Source: Octopus bimaculoides
Lineage: Eukaryota
Assembly (NCBI RefSeq): GCF_001194135.2
Contig: NC_069001.1
Location: 35,302,939 to 35,356,587 of the forward strand
DNA length: 53,649 bases
Direction: 5' to 3'
Under the pieces are notes generated by a model. That model did not search any database, was not told the DNA's origin, and worked only from the letters and a program-made list of their open reading frames with translations. A program made the position numbers and the translations under genes. The first letter of the stretch is position 1. Each line of letters starts with the position of its first letter. Of the stretch, positions 12,166 through 23,702 are shown piece after piece.

Positions 12166-12197
<32 letters not shown>

Positions 12198-12252
12198 TTN
12201 NNNNNNNNNNNNNNNNNNNNNNNNNNNNNNNNNNNNNNNNNNNNNNNNNNNN

Positions 12253-12303
<51 letters not shown>

Positions 12304-12318
12304 ATGTATATATATATA

Positions 12319-12531
12319 ATACTCCCCTAACTCTTCGAAACGCCGGTGTTTTAATGGTGGCAGCTGATGAAGGATATGTTCTCTATGTGGCCTGCTTGTT
12401 TGTTGTACTTTGTTTATCATTTTGTCCATGTTCTTTTGCAACGCCATGTACCCAAATATGTATCTATATGTACATGTAGATGAAGGTATGTACATGCATG
12501 TACATATATATGCATATACTCATATATTGTT

Positions 12532-12533
<2 letters not shown>
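12319..12533 (+). mobile_element. Copy 2 of the 11908-12122 repeat (offset 411; possibly an assembly duplication)
   Basis: Appears identical to copy 1; the two are separated by a short N gap at 12200-12252. Confidence 0.45.
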
Positions 12534-12575
<42 letters not shown>

Positions 12576-12576
12576 T

Positions 12577-12608
<32 letters not shown>

Positions 12609-12611
12609 TTA

Positions 12612-12750
12612 TGTATTTATCCTCATGCATCATCAATTACTGTCCACTTCTTTTCCCATGCTTGCATGAGTCAGGGAAAATTTGGTGAGGCAGATTTTTC
12701 TACAGCTGGGTGCTTTTCCTGATGCCAACCCTTCCCTATTTCTAAACAAT
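12612..12750 (-). mobile_element. RTE-like LINE/SINE 3' end fragment
   Basis: Minus strand GGTTGGCATCAGGAAAAGCACCCAGCTGTAGAAA resembles the GGCATTAGGAAGGGCATCCAGC motif of RTE-clade 3' ends (from recall); related to 14860-15035 and 23048-23190. Confidence 0.5.
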
Positions 12751-12878
12751 GTAATGTTACTCCATTGCAAAAGAGTGAAAAGGAACAACCTCACCTGTAT
12801 GAACCTGATTCTCGTTTTCACAGCACAAACATACATTCATTCATACGTACATACATACGTATATATACATACACATTT

Positions 12879-12950
12879 AGGTGGAAGTGTGACCATGTGG
12901 TAAGAAGTTCGCTTCCCAGTCACATGGTTCTGGGTTCAGTCCCTCTGCAT
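12879..12950 (+). mobile_element. SINE family A head fragment
   Basis: GTGGTAAGAAGTTCGCTTCCCAGTCACATGGTTCTGGGTTCAGTCCC. Confidence 0.7.
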
Positions 12951-13821
12951 GTAATAGTAGTAGTAGTAGTGGTGGTGGTGGTGGTAGTGGTAACAGTGAT
13001 GGCAGTAGTAGTAGCAGTAGCAGTTGTACTGGTGGTGGTGGTAGCAGTGATGGCAGTGGTGGGGGTGGTGGTGGTAGCAGTGATGGCAGTAGTGGTGGTG
13101 GCAGAGATGGCAGTAGTAGTGTTGGTAGTGGTTGGTGGTGGCAAAAGTGATGGTGGTAGCAGTGATAGTGGTAGTGGTGGTGGTAAGCACTAAAATATGC
13201 AAATGAACTGAAATGAATTAAAGTGATTAAAGTCTTAACAGAATTTGTTTCTTTCTGTTGTTGTTGTTGTGCTAATCAATAAGATTAATTTAATGTGTTA
13301 TTTTATTCCCCAGAAGTGTTTTTGGTGTTTACTTTTTTTTTTTTTTTTTNNNNNNNNNNNNNNNNNNNNNNNNNNNNNNNNNNNNNNNNNNNNNNNNNNN
13401 NNNNNNNNNNNNNNNNNNNNNNNNNNNNNNNNNNNNNNNNNNNNNNNNNNNNNNNNNNNNNNNNNNNNNNNNNNNNNNNNNNNNNNNNNNNNNNNNNNNN
13501 NNNNNNNNNNNNNNNNNNNNNNNNNNNNNNNNNNNNNNNNNNNNNNNNNNNNNNNNNNNNNNNNNNNNNNNNNNNNNNNNNNNNNNNNNNNNNNNNNNNN
13601 NNNNNNNNNNNNNNNNNNNNNNNNNNNNNNNNNTTTACTTTTTTTTTTTTTTTTGCTAGGTAGGATGTTGAGGGTTTCATGGGATTGGCTGAAGTACCTC
13701 CTAATATGTGTTGGTCAGTCTGTGTGTGTATGTGTCATTGTGTGTGAGTGTGTCACCCTCTATGTGTGTATGTGTGTGTCATTGTGTGTGTTGGTCAGTG
13801 TGTGTGCACATGCGTGTATGT

Positions 13822-13969
13822 GAGTCATTGGGTGTGCCAGCAGAGTGGAGTGGAGCAACATGAAATGAAGTTGTTTTGCTCAAGGATACAACGCATCACC
13901 CAGTCCAGGAATTGAAACCACAATCTCATGATCATGAGTCCAACACACTAACCACTAAGTCCTGCGCCT
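13822..13969 (-). mobile_element. SINE family D, 5' part
   Basis: Minus strand: tRNA head (TTAGTGGTTAG, GGTTTCAATTCC) then TCCTTGAGCAAAACAACTTCATTTCATGTTGCTCC, a CORE-like segment. Confidence 0.6.
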
Positions 13970-14245
13970 CTCAGCTGGGTCAGCAACAAAAAGGTTGAAC
14001 CTTGGAACGAAATTTTCTCCCTTCACAATTTCAGTTTCCCTTCTTGTGTAAGTCAAGTCCCAGATTTTCACAGCTAAAGTCAATTATAAAATACAGCAAG
14101 TTGCAGACAAATAAAAATACAATATTTTGAAGTAGCAACAGAATTTCTGTGACATATTATTGGTCGTGATGATTATCTGCGACAAATATATTAAAATACT
14201 GATCATATATGTACAGGAACGCAGTTAGTTACACACAGACAGACT

Positions 14246-14328
<83 letters not shown>

Positions 14329-14683
14329 GTAGTTATATCTATTTTCAGACTAATAGAAGCTGTAGTAATGAGATGTATAAAGTGCACTGAAATACCGATT
14401 GCATATATAGAGAAACACACGATCGTTGCACACTTAGATAATTACATAGCAACAGAAACTGTTTCAGATATCAGTTGACCATAATGGTTAGTAATACGAG
14501 TTATATTGCGTTGCTGACCACATATGTGGACATTTTTATTTACAGTCACATAATTATATGCCATCATAATCGCTTAGAGATTTTAGTAGCTGCGATGGTT
14601 AACAAAATATAGGAAGATATTGACCATAGAGATGGATAGAGAAATATGGTTACATGCAAGTCTCGTCACTGGCCATGGATGCC

Positions 14684-14858
14684 TTTTATCTTTTACTTGT
14701 TTCAGTTAATGGATTGCTGCCATGCTGGGGCACCACTTTAAAGGGTTTAGGTGGTCAAATTGACCCCAGTGCTTATTTTTTAAGTCTTGTGCTTATTGTA
14801 TCAGTTTGTTTTGCTGAACCACTAAGTGATGGAAGCATAAATAAAATGACATCAGTTC
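14684..14858 (-). mobile_element. SINE family A, 3' tail (diverged)
   Basis: TTTTACTTGTTTCAGT...CCATGCTGGGGCACC...TTGACCCCAGTGCTTATT. Confidence 0.7.
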
Positions 14859-14859
14859 A

Positions 14860-15035
14860 TCATCATTATCATCATCGTTGTTTAACGTCTGCTTTCCATG
14901 AGGACTGGCAAGCCAGGAGGCTGCACCAGGCTCCAATCTGGTCTGGCAAGGTTTCTACACCAACCACTCTGGAAGTGTAGTGGGTGCTTTGTATGTGCCA
15001 CTGGCATGAGGATCAGTCAGGCGGTACTGTCTCAC
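14860..15035 (-). mobile_element. RTE-like 3' end fragment with (GAT)n tail
   Basis: Minus strand ends GGAGCCTGGTGCAGCCTCCTGGCTTGCCAG...ATGGAAAGCAGACGTTAAAAC..GATGATGAT. Confidence 0.55.
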
Positions 15036-16281
15036 TTGTTAACTCTTGTGGGTTCGAAGGAGTCCTCCTTCAAACCCACAAGAGTTACCAAGTGAAACAG
15101 AGACAGGCAGAAACAAGAAAAATGCCACTGTTACTAGAATACTATACAAATATGTCTTTAAAAAGACTTTTCTTTTAAATTTACCAAAATCTAATTTTTC
15201 AATAATTTTTCAAAAATCTATTATTCATATTTACTGTTGAAAGGATCTCAAGGATCGGAGGTTCTGTAATGTTCTTTATAAAAGTATTTTAGCATTTTCT
15301 ACTTTGTCTTTTTTCCATATATATATATATATATATAAATATANNNNNNNNNNNNNNNNNNNNNNNNNNNNNNNNNNNNNNNNNNNNNNNNNNNNNNNNN
15401 NNNNNNNNNNNNNNNNNNNNNNNNNNNNNNNNNNNNNNNNNNNNNNNNNNNNNNNNNNNNNNNNNNNNNNNNNNNNNNNNNNNNNNNNNNNNNNNNNNNN
15501 NNNNNNNNNNNNNNNNNNNNNNNNNNNNNNNNNNNNNNNNNNNNNNNNNNNNNNNNNNNNNNNNNNNNNNNNNNNNNNNNNNNNNNNNNNNNNNNNNNNN
15601 NNNNNNNNNNNNNNNNNNNNNNNNNNNNNNNNNNNNNNNNNNNNNNNNNNNNNNNNNNNNNNNNNNNNNNNNNNNNNNNNNNNNNNNNNNNNNNNNNNNN
15701 NNNNNNNNNNNNNNNNNNNNNNNNNNNNNNNNNNNNNNNNNNNNNNNNNNNNNNNNNNNNNNNNNNNNNNNNNNNNNNNNNNNNNNNNNNNNNNNNNNNN
15801 NNNNNNNNNNNNNNNNNNNNNNNNNNNNNNNNNNNNNNNNNNNNNNNNNNNNNNNNNNNNNNNNNNNNNNNNNNNNNNNNNNNNNNNNNNNNNNNNNNNN
15901 NNNNNNNNNNNNNNNNNNNNNNNNNNNNNNNNNNNNNNNNNNNNNNNNNNNNNNNNNNNNNNNNNNNNNNNNNNNNNNNNNNNNNNNNNNNNNNNNNNNN
16001 NNNNNNNNNNNNNNNNNNNNNNNNNNNNNNNNNNNNNNNNNNNNNNNNNNNNNNNNNNNNNNNNNNNNNNNNNNNNNNNNNNNNNNNNNNNNNNNNNNNN
16101 NNNNNNNNNNNNNNNNNNNNNNNNNNNNNNNNNNNNNNNNNNNNNNNNNNNNNNNNNNNNNNNNNNNNNNNNNNNNNNNNNNNNNNNNNNNNNNNNNNNA
16201 TATATATATATCTGTATATGTGTATACATACATACTTACATACATATATATATTTGTTTATGTGTATACATACATTCATAC

Positions 16282-16324
<43 letters not shown>

Positions 16325-17594
16325 ATATATATTTATATGTGTATGAATATTTATAAAAGTCTACCTATGTATAAATACGTACATACACATATAAATATCT
16401 ATATATAGATACCCACAGACATGTTTTTGTCTGTGCACATATGTATGTATGTACGAGTATATATGTGTGTTTGTGTGTGTGTGTGTGTGTGTATGCTTGC
16501 GTTTATGTGTGTAGCTGTGTGTGTGTGTGTAGCTGTATATACAATAGAAATAAATAAATATACGCATCAGATTTTTTTAAGCTATTGACCTGAACTTAAT
16601 CATACAGTGTAGAACAACTCGTACTCTTTCAAATACGTGTAACAGTTATTACGGCAGCAACTCTGGAAACAGCAACAACAAGAACAACACGAACATCAAC
16701 GACAACAATATCAAACATAATTGCGATCATCTGAGAGTTGTTGTGTGGCCATTGAGCGTAGGAATCGGTACCGAGAACCAGGCTTTTATGTAAGAATTAC
16801 CATAACAAAGTCTGCTACTATATACCAGCGCTTTCATGTTCACGGTTGACTTATAACCAAAGGAGCAATTTGTTCAATGATTGTGATTTTGTTTTGTTTT
16901 GTGTGTTTTGGGGGGTTTTTACTTGTTTTCTTTTTTTTTTATCAAAGATCAATAAAGCAAGAGATTTTTAAAAGATAATGGTACCTTCGTTGAGGTTGGC
17001 ACGTTTAAGAGATGCAAATAGAGTGGCATGGAAATGGTTTGGAATTGAAAAAATTAAAAAAAAGCAAGAAGTAAAACAAAATGAATGCATACATACAAAC
17101 ACATCATGATGATGACGATGATGATGTTGATGATGGTGATTGTGGTGGTGGTAGCACTGGTGGTAGTGAAACTGTTGGTAGGGGTAATGATGAGGGGTAA
17201 TGCCAGTAGTAGTGGTATTGGTGGTGGTGGTGGTGACAATGATGATGATGATGATGATGAGGGTGGTGTTAGTGATGACCATGCTTAGAATAATGATTAT
17301 GACGATGATGATGATGATGTCAATGATGACAGTGGTGGTATTGATAGTGACAATAATGACACAGGCAAGATGATGATGATTGTGATTGTGATGGTGGTAG
17401 TGAGGGTGACAATGACGTTGATGATGATGATAATGATGATGATGATGATGATGGCAATGATGATTTTTTTAACCATTTTTGTTCTGAATACAAAAGTATC
17501 CAGAAACCATACAGTTACTTTGTCTTCACTCTCTCTCTCTCTTCTTCTTCTTCTCTCAGCCCCTTCTCTCTCTTTCTCTTCTACTCTCTCGGCC

Positions 17595-17636
<42 letters not shown>

Positions 17637-17819
17637 CTCTCTATTCCTCCATCTCATTCATCCTCTCTTTCTCTTCTTCATTTTTGCTCCAGTTTTCAGT
17701 TTTGTATCAATATCAGAGAATAAGAAAGAAAGAAAGAAAAAGTTCCTCAATTTCCCTCCTGGGTTCAACAGATAATAGAAATTTATTTGATTGTATGTTT
17801 TTAGGGGGTCTTTTAATTG

Positions 17820-17850
<31 letters not shown>

Positions 17851-17934
17851 CATCATCATTATTATTACTACTACTATCATTATTATTGTTTTTATTGTTG
17901 TTTTAGAGGTCTTTTTACTGTAGTTGTGATCCTC

Positions 17935-17976
17935 CTTCTTCTTCTTCTTCTTCTTCTTCTTCTTCTTCTTCTTCTT

Positions 17977-18006
<30 letters not shown>
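17935..18006. repeat. Perfect (CTT)24 tract inside a compound (TAT)n/(CAT)n/(CTT)n microsatellite (about 17820-18075)
   Basis: Counted directly: 72 nt. Confidence 0.95.
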
Positions 18007-18038
<32 letters not shown>

Positions 18039-18515
18039 TATTATTATTATTATCATCGTCATTGTTGTTGTTGTTCGTTTATTATTTCTAAGAGGGAATT
18101 ATAACAACAAACAACAAGAAAGTAAAAGGGTGAACGAAGTTTCAACGATATTTTATAACATCATTTATGCGATACCATTGCAACAGTAATAACATTCATT
18201 CCATATCCATGTACATCATCAATAAAAGGGAGATATCAACCGTACTTTATTGCTACATCGTTGTGCCATCATCAGATACAATAAACAGCCTCTCACACTC
18301 AATATCTGTTTATCCGCTTACATAAATCACGGCTCTGTTTTCTTTCTTTATGTTTTCTTTCTCGTTCATGTCCACGAATGGAACACTGGCAAAACACATG
18401 CTTTGCCTTGCGGACTCCTGCAATGCAATGGTGATTTCAGCTGTTATTTTTTACAAATCCAATAAACCGCTGATGTTTAATGCTTAATCTTGCTCCCCAC
18501 AAAATAAAAAAAAAA

Positions 18516-18565
<50 letters not shown>

Positions 18566-19048
18566 TGCATACACACTGTTGAGTTGTTCAGATTAATCAA
18601 GCTGGGCTCTGTTAGATATCAGGACCTGGTTTGTTGTAACAATCTGGAACGAAATGGGCAACTTGAGCTATCATGAAAAACCTGTTTATTGAGGTAGAGA
18701 GAAAATAAAAAGGATAATTGAAAACTGAGGGCAATCATNNNNNNNNNNNNNNNNNNNNNNNNNNNNNNNNNNNNNNNNNNNNNNNNNNNNNNNNNNNNNN
18801 NNNNNNNNNNNNNNNNNNNNNNNNNNNNNNNNNNNNNNNNNNNNNNNNNNNNNNNNNNNNNNNNNNNNNNNNNNNNNNNNNNNNNNNNNNNNNNNNNNNN
18901 NNNNNNNNNNNNNNNNNNNNNNNNNNNNNNNNNNNNNNNNNNNNNNNNNNNNNNNNNNNNNNNNNNNNNNNNNNNNNNNNNNNNNNNNNNNNNNNNNNNN
19001 NNNNNNNNNNNNNNNNNNNNNNNNNNNNNNNNNNNNNNNNNNNNNNNN

Positions 19049-19471
19049 TATTCTTTTATTCTTTTATTCTATTACTTGTTTCAGTCATTTGACTGCGGCC
19101 ATGCTGGAGCACCGCCTTTAGTCAAATCAAATCGACCCCAGGACTTATACTTTGGAAGCCTAGTACTTATTCTATCGGTCTCTTTTGCCGAACCGCTAAG
19201 TTACGGGGGACGTAAACACACCACCATCGGTTGTCAAGCGATGTTGGGGAGACAGACAAACACAGATACATAACATATACACGCACATACATATATATAC
19301 ATATATACAACGGGCTTCTTTCAGTTTCCATCTACCAAATCCACTCACAAGGCTTTGGTCGACCTGAGGCTATAGTAGAAGACACTTGCCCAAGGTTCCA
19401 CACAGTGGGACTGAACCCAGAACCATGTCGTTGGTAAGCAAGCTACTTACCACACAGCCACTCCTGCGCCT
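19049..19471 (-). mobile_element. SINE family A, full length, low divergence
   Basis: Complete head, core, internal (CA/TA) tract and (AAAAGAAT)n tail; nearly matches 28447-28873 and 44572-44896. Confidence 0.92.
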
Positions 19472-19511
19472 ATAAATATATATATATTTGAAATTTAAGA
19501 AAAATATAAGA

Positions 19512-19640
19512 TGGAGACAGGTGTATAAACAACAAGCAGGTGTATTAGTTTGGTGCTCATGAAGGTGAGAAAGTCTTTTACATTTTGAGCCTACGCTCTT
19601 CAGCAGAAAGGAACATAAAGAAATAAACAGAGAGAGAATA
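19512..19640 (-). mobile_element. Penelope-like fragment with a degenerate minimal type I hammerhead ribozyme (19575-19610)
   Basis: Minus strand CTTT-CTGCTGA-A-GAGC-GTAG-GCTC-AAAA-TGT-A-AAAG: stems I and II intact, three core deviations. Confidence 0.6.
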
Positions 19641-19658
19641 AAATGGGGAGATTTTTTA

Positions 19659-19980
19659 ATTCTTTTACTTGTTTCAATCAGTAGTCAGTGTAGCCATGCT
19701 GGAGCACCGACTTGAAGGGTTTTAGTCAAACAAATTGGCCCCCTGGATTATTTTTTAAGCCTAGTACTTATTCTATCATTCTCTTTTGCTGAACTGCTAA
19801 GTTATGAGGATGTAACCACACCAACACCGGCTGTCAAGTGATGATGGTAGGACAAACACAGACACAAAGACACGCACACATAGATATGTGTATATATACG
19901 CATATGTATTACGGGCTTCTTTAAGCTCTCTTCTACCAAATCCTCTCACAAGGCTTTGGTTGACCCAAGGCTAAAGTAAA
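19659..19980 (-). mobile_element. SINE family A, 5'-truncated
   Basis: Tail and core colinear with 19049-19380. Confidence 0.8.
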
Positions 19981-20180
19981 AGAGGGGTTAGAATATGACA
20001 GACAGACAGAAGCAAGTGTCTTGCTGTAAAGGAGATTCATGATTGCCCCAGTTAGAGAGAGAAAGAGAGAGTGAGAAAAGAGAGAGAGAGCAAGAGAGAG
20101 CGAGCAAGAGAGAGAGAGCAAGAGAGAGTTAGAATGAGAACACGAGAAAGATGGTGGTAATACTGAGCTTCTGCACAGTT

Positions 20181-20367
20181 TCCATCTACTAAATTTTAAT
20201 CAAAAGATATTGGGGAGGCACTTCCAATATCATGACTGCTCCAGTCATGAGAAGTTATGCTAACACTATAGTAGGAAACACTTGCTCAAGATGTCATTCA
20301 GTGGAACTGAACCCAAGACCACTGATTTAAGAAGCAGATTTCTTAACCACGCAGCTATACTTCTGCC
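20181..20367 (-). mobile_element. SINE family A-like 5' half, diverged
   Basis: CAGTTTCCATCTAC...CTATAGTAGGAAACACTTGCTCAAG...GGAACTGAACCC. Confidence 0.6.
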
Positions 20368-21343
20368 CTCTTGCTTATTTCTTTGTTTTATTTCATTTTG
20401 TTTTCATTTGTTTTTGTTTGTTTTTTTTCCTTTTTATAGTTATTTATTTAGTATAATAAGAATGTATCAGAACAAACAGGATGACACAATAAGAATTGTT
20501 TTAAATGTCACATCAAAATAGCTTAACATTCCTGTGGCAATAGCGGTATCAGCGTTGCATGGATTAACACATATTTGAAGTGATGGACATTTGCAGTTGT
20601 CCATGCTAACACCAATCACATTGCGGATTTGGATTCTCGATTCTCATGTAAACTGACAAATCAAAGATTAATCTCTGATCTTGAGTCATATCTTCATACT
20701 GTCGATTTAGATCAGTGTAAATCAACAACAACAAAATAAAAAAAAACGCAAGAAACAAACCACCAAACAGGCTATAATTCGTGGCACACACTCTTGTGCC
20801 TGTATTGAGTATGTCGTGGTTTAACAAATTTGCTGGTTTGCTTGCTTGCTGCAAAACAAGTTTGTTGTTAATGATGTGGTGTCCATTGAATATTGATGTT
20901 CCAGCTATCATGCAGGTGTCTTGATGCAAGAACTAGTTTTTTTTTCCAATCAATAATAATGATCAAAGTTTGTTTCATTATATTTTTCATTTATTTATTT
21001 ATGCATTTTTTTTGCTTTATTACTTTTTTAAAAATTTTTTTACTGCTACATTTTTTTTTTCCCTCTAATATACAAGTTATTTCAAACCAAATAATTAGAT
21101 CAAATGTAATTGCTAAGGAAATGAATTTTTGACGACCCTTAGTTTGGTCTTGCATTAAATAATAATAACAATAATAACGATGATGATAGTGGTGGTGGTG
21201 GTTGTGATGATGATGATGATGATGATGATGATATTTGTATTTCGCTTGCAAAATTCTTGATGTGACTTCATGTGTTGAAACAAATCTTCTCTTGGGTGGG
21301 TCACTTTGCCAGTAAAAATTAAAATAAAGACATGCACTGGTTC

Positions 21344-21583
21344 AATAATAATAATAATAATAATAATCCTTTCTACTGTCGGTACAAAGTCTGAAATTTT
21401 AAGGGAGAGGGCCTGGGGATTACATCAAGTCCATAGTCCAGTCCAACTCTGGTGCTTATTCTACTAAGGATGAATGGCAATGCTGACCTCAGCAGCATTT
21501 GGACTCTGATCTTTAAGAACCAGAAATAAAGTCACTAAGCATTTTGCCCAACATGCTAATGATTCTGACAGCTCAGCACCTTA
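21344..21583 (-). mobile_element. SINE family M, (TTA)n-tailed subfamily; a further fragment lies at 21610-21722
   Basis: (AAT)n-CCTTTCTACT...GGATGAATGGCAATGCTGACCTC...CTAAGCATTTTGCCCAACATGCTAATGATTCTG; colinear with 51105-51328. Confidence 0.65.
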
Positions 21584-21794
21584 ATGATAATTGGTTGGGG
21601 ACAAACAATCACATCGACCCCAGTACTTGACTGGTACGTAATTTATTGACCCTGAAAGGATGGAAGGCGAAGATGACCTTGGCAGAATTTGAACTCTGCC
21701 ACTAAGCATTTTGTCTGGCATGCACAAGGCCACTGAATTACACTGTCTGTATGTTAGTGATAATCAGACAAGGAGACACACACAAACACTTACT

Positions 21795-21826
<32 letters not shown>

Positions 21827-21892
21827 CTTACTCACACACACACACACAAACACTTACTCACACACACACACACATACACACATGCAGTCTTC

Positions 21893-22275
21893 TGTTCTTT
21901 TATTCTTTTACTTGTTTCAGTCATTTGACCGAAGCCATGCTGGAGCACCAAATCGACCCAGGACTTTTTTCTTTTTAAGCCGAGTATTTATTTTGTCTCA
22001 TTTGTCAAACCACTAAGTAACAGGGACATAAACATGCCAACACCGGTTGTCAAGTGGTAATAGGGGGACAAACACAGACACAGAAATATTACACACACAC
22101 ACACACACATATATACAATGAGCTTCTTTCAGTTTCTATCAATGAGATTCACTCGCAAGGCACTAGTCTACCCGGGGCTATAATAGAAGACACTTGCCCA
22201 AGGTGTCCCACACTCAGACTGAACCTGAAACCACGTGATTGCAAAGCCGGCTTCTTAACCCTGCAGCCATGCACT
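21893..22275 (-). mobile_element. SINE family A, near full length, diverged
   Basis: Tail, internal (CA)n, core GACACTTGCCCAAGG and head all present. Confidence 0.8.
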
Positions 22276-22481
22276 CCATTATCATTTTTAATATCTATTC
22301 ATTTCCATCTATTTCTGTATTTTTAATATCCTTTAAATATATTTTTTTATTTTCATTAACATCCTTCAATTTATGTATTTTTGGTGTTGCTATGGTTTTT
22401 CTCCTTTTCTTTCTCCCAGGAATATTTATATACATATACTTTTTTAAAGAAAACAGGAAAAGCCTGTAACCTCTGCTTGTG

Positions 22482-22524
<43 letters not shown>

Positions 22525-22829
22525 TACACACACATATGCATATATATGTGTGTGAATGTCTTGTGTCATATTTAATATTTGTCATTGATATTACTGTCAG
22601 TTGTTTTTATAGTAGCTCGGCTAATTAATTTCCTCATCTTGTGTCATTAATTTGCACCGAGATTTCAGTGTAATTAAAGAAGAGTGTCTCTACGGTCTGC
22701 TGAATTAGAACCTCGTTTCCTTGATAACCAAATTTTGTTACATCCTTCTAAATCAAAAACTAACTTTCCATGCAGAAAATTATTTTTAACAAAATAATTT
22801 CTTTTTATATTTTTATTTTATTTTTTGTA

Positions 22830-23010
22830 TCCTTTTTTACTTGTTTCGGTCATTTGCACTGTGCCCATGCTGGGGCACCACCTTCAATGATTTAGTGGAA
22901 GAAATCCGGCCCAGTCTTTTTTAAGTCTTATACTCATTCCAAAGATCTCTTTTCGTTAACCTGCTTATGGGGATGTAAACTAAAACCTGCTGGTAGCAGT
23001 AGGAAAAACA
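22830..23010 (-). mobile_element. SINE family A, 3' tail
   Basis: TTTTACTTGTTTCGGTCATT...CCATGCTGGGGCACC...GGGATGTAAAC. Confidence 0.7.
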
Positions 23011-23047
23011 CAAGCACAAACACACACCATGAAAAAAGCACTTGGCT

Positions 23048-23190
23048 ACACTCAGTAGAGTGGTGGGCATTAGAATGGGCCTCCAGTTGTAGGCACTGAA
23101 GCTTGGTGAGGCCCTCTTGTTTGCCACTACTTATCAGACCATCAAAATCCATGCCAGCATGGATAATGGACATTAAACAATGATAATGAT
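23048..23190 (+). mobile_element. RTE-like 3' end fragment
   Basis: GTGGTGGGCATTAGAATGGGCCTCCAG...CCATGCCAGCATGGATAATGGACATTAAAC-AATGATAATGAT. Confidence 0.55.
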
Positions 23191-23209
23191 ATATATATGG
23201 ATATATGTA

Positions 23210-23346
23210 GGGGCAAGTGTGGCTGTGTGATAAGAAGCTAGCTTCCCAACCACATGGTTCTGGGTTCAGTCCTACTGCTGCGGGATTGAACCTAAAGCAA
23301 CAAGTTTGCAAAGCTAGCTTCTTAATCAAATAGCCATATTTGCCCC
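23210..23346. repeat. Two SINE family A heads joined in inverted orientation
   Basis: GGGGCAAGTGTGGCT..AAGAAGCTAGCTT is the reverse complement of AAGCTAGCTTCTT..AGCCATATTTGCCCC. Confidence 0.7.
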
Positions 23347-23655
23347 TCTGAATTTTTCTGACATTTTCCTTTTTGTTTCTAAAATAGAAAAAAAAAGCTA
23401 ATTAAATGAAAATAAATAAACAAATGTTAAAATAAAACAAAAAAAGGTAAAAGTACAGTTACATACATTCGTTTGTTGTTGTTGTTGTTTTTATTTTTGT
23501 TGGCCTCGTGACATCTCCAGTGGAGCCGATCCCGAGTCTGTGGCACCTCATGTTATCCAATGTCATCTTTTCTGAGACGATAGGAAGTATCTTGAGGGTC
23601 TTTCAGTGCTGTTTCTAGCAATGCTGAACAATTAAATAAATCATATATATAAACG

Positions 23656-23702
<47 letters not shown>

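Noticed and set aside
11835-12610. 411-bp tandem duplication as a real recent event
   Set aside because: Apparently identical copies flank an N gap, as also seen at 3867/3908 and 13328/13634; likely unmerged contig overlaps. Needs long reads.
23495-23640. SALLETA peptide on the minus strand as a second R4/Dong-like end
   Set aside because: Only a 7-residue resemblance, and the rest does not fit.
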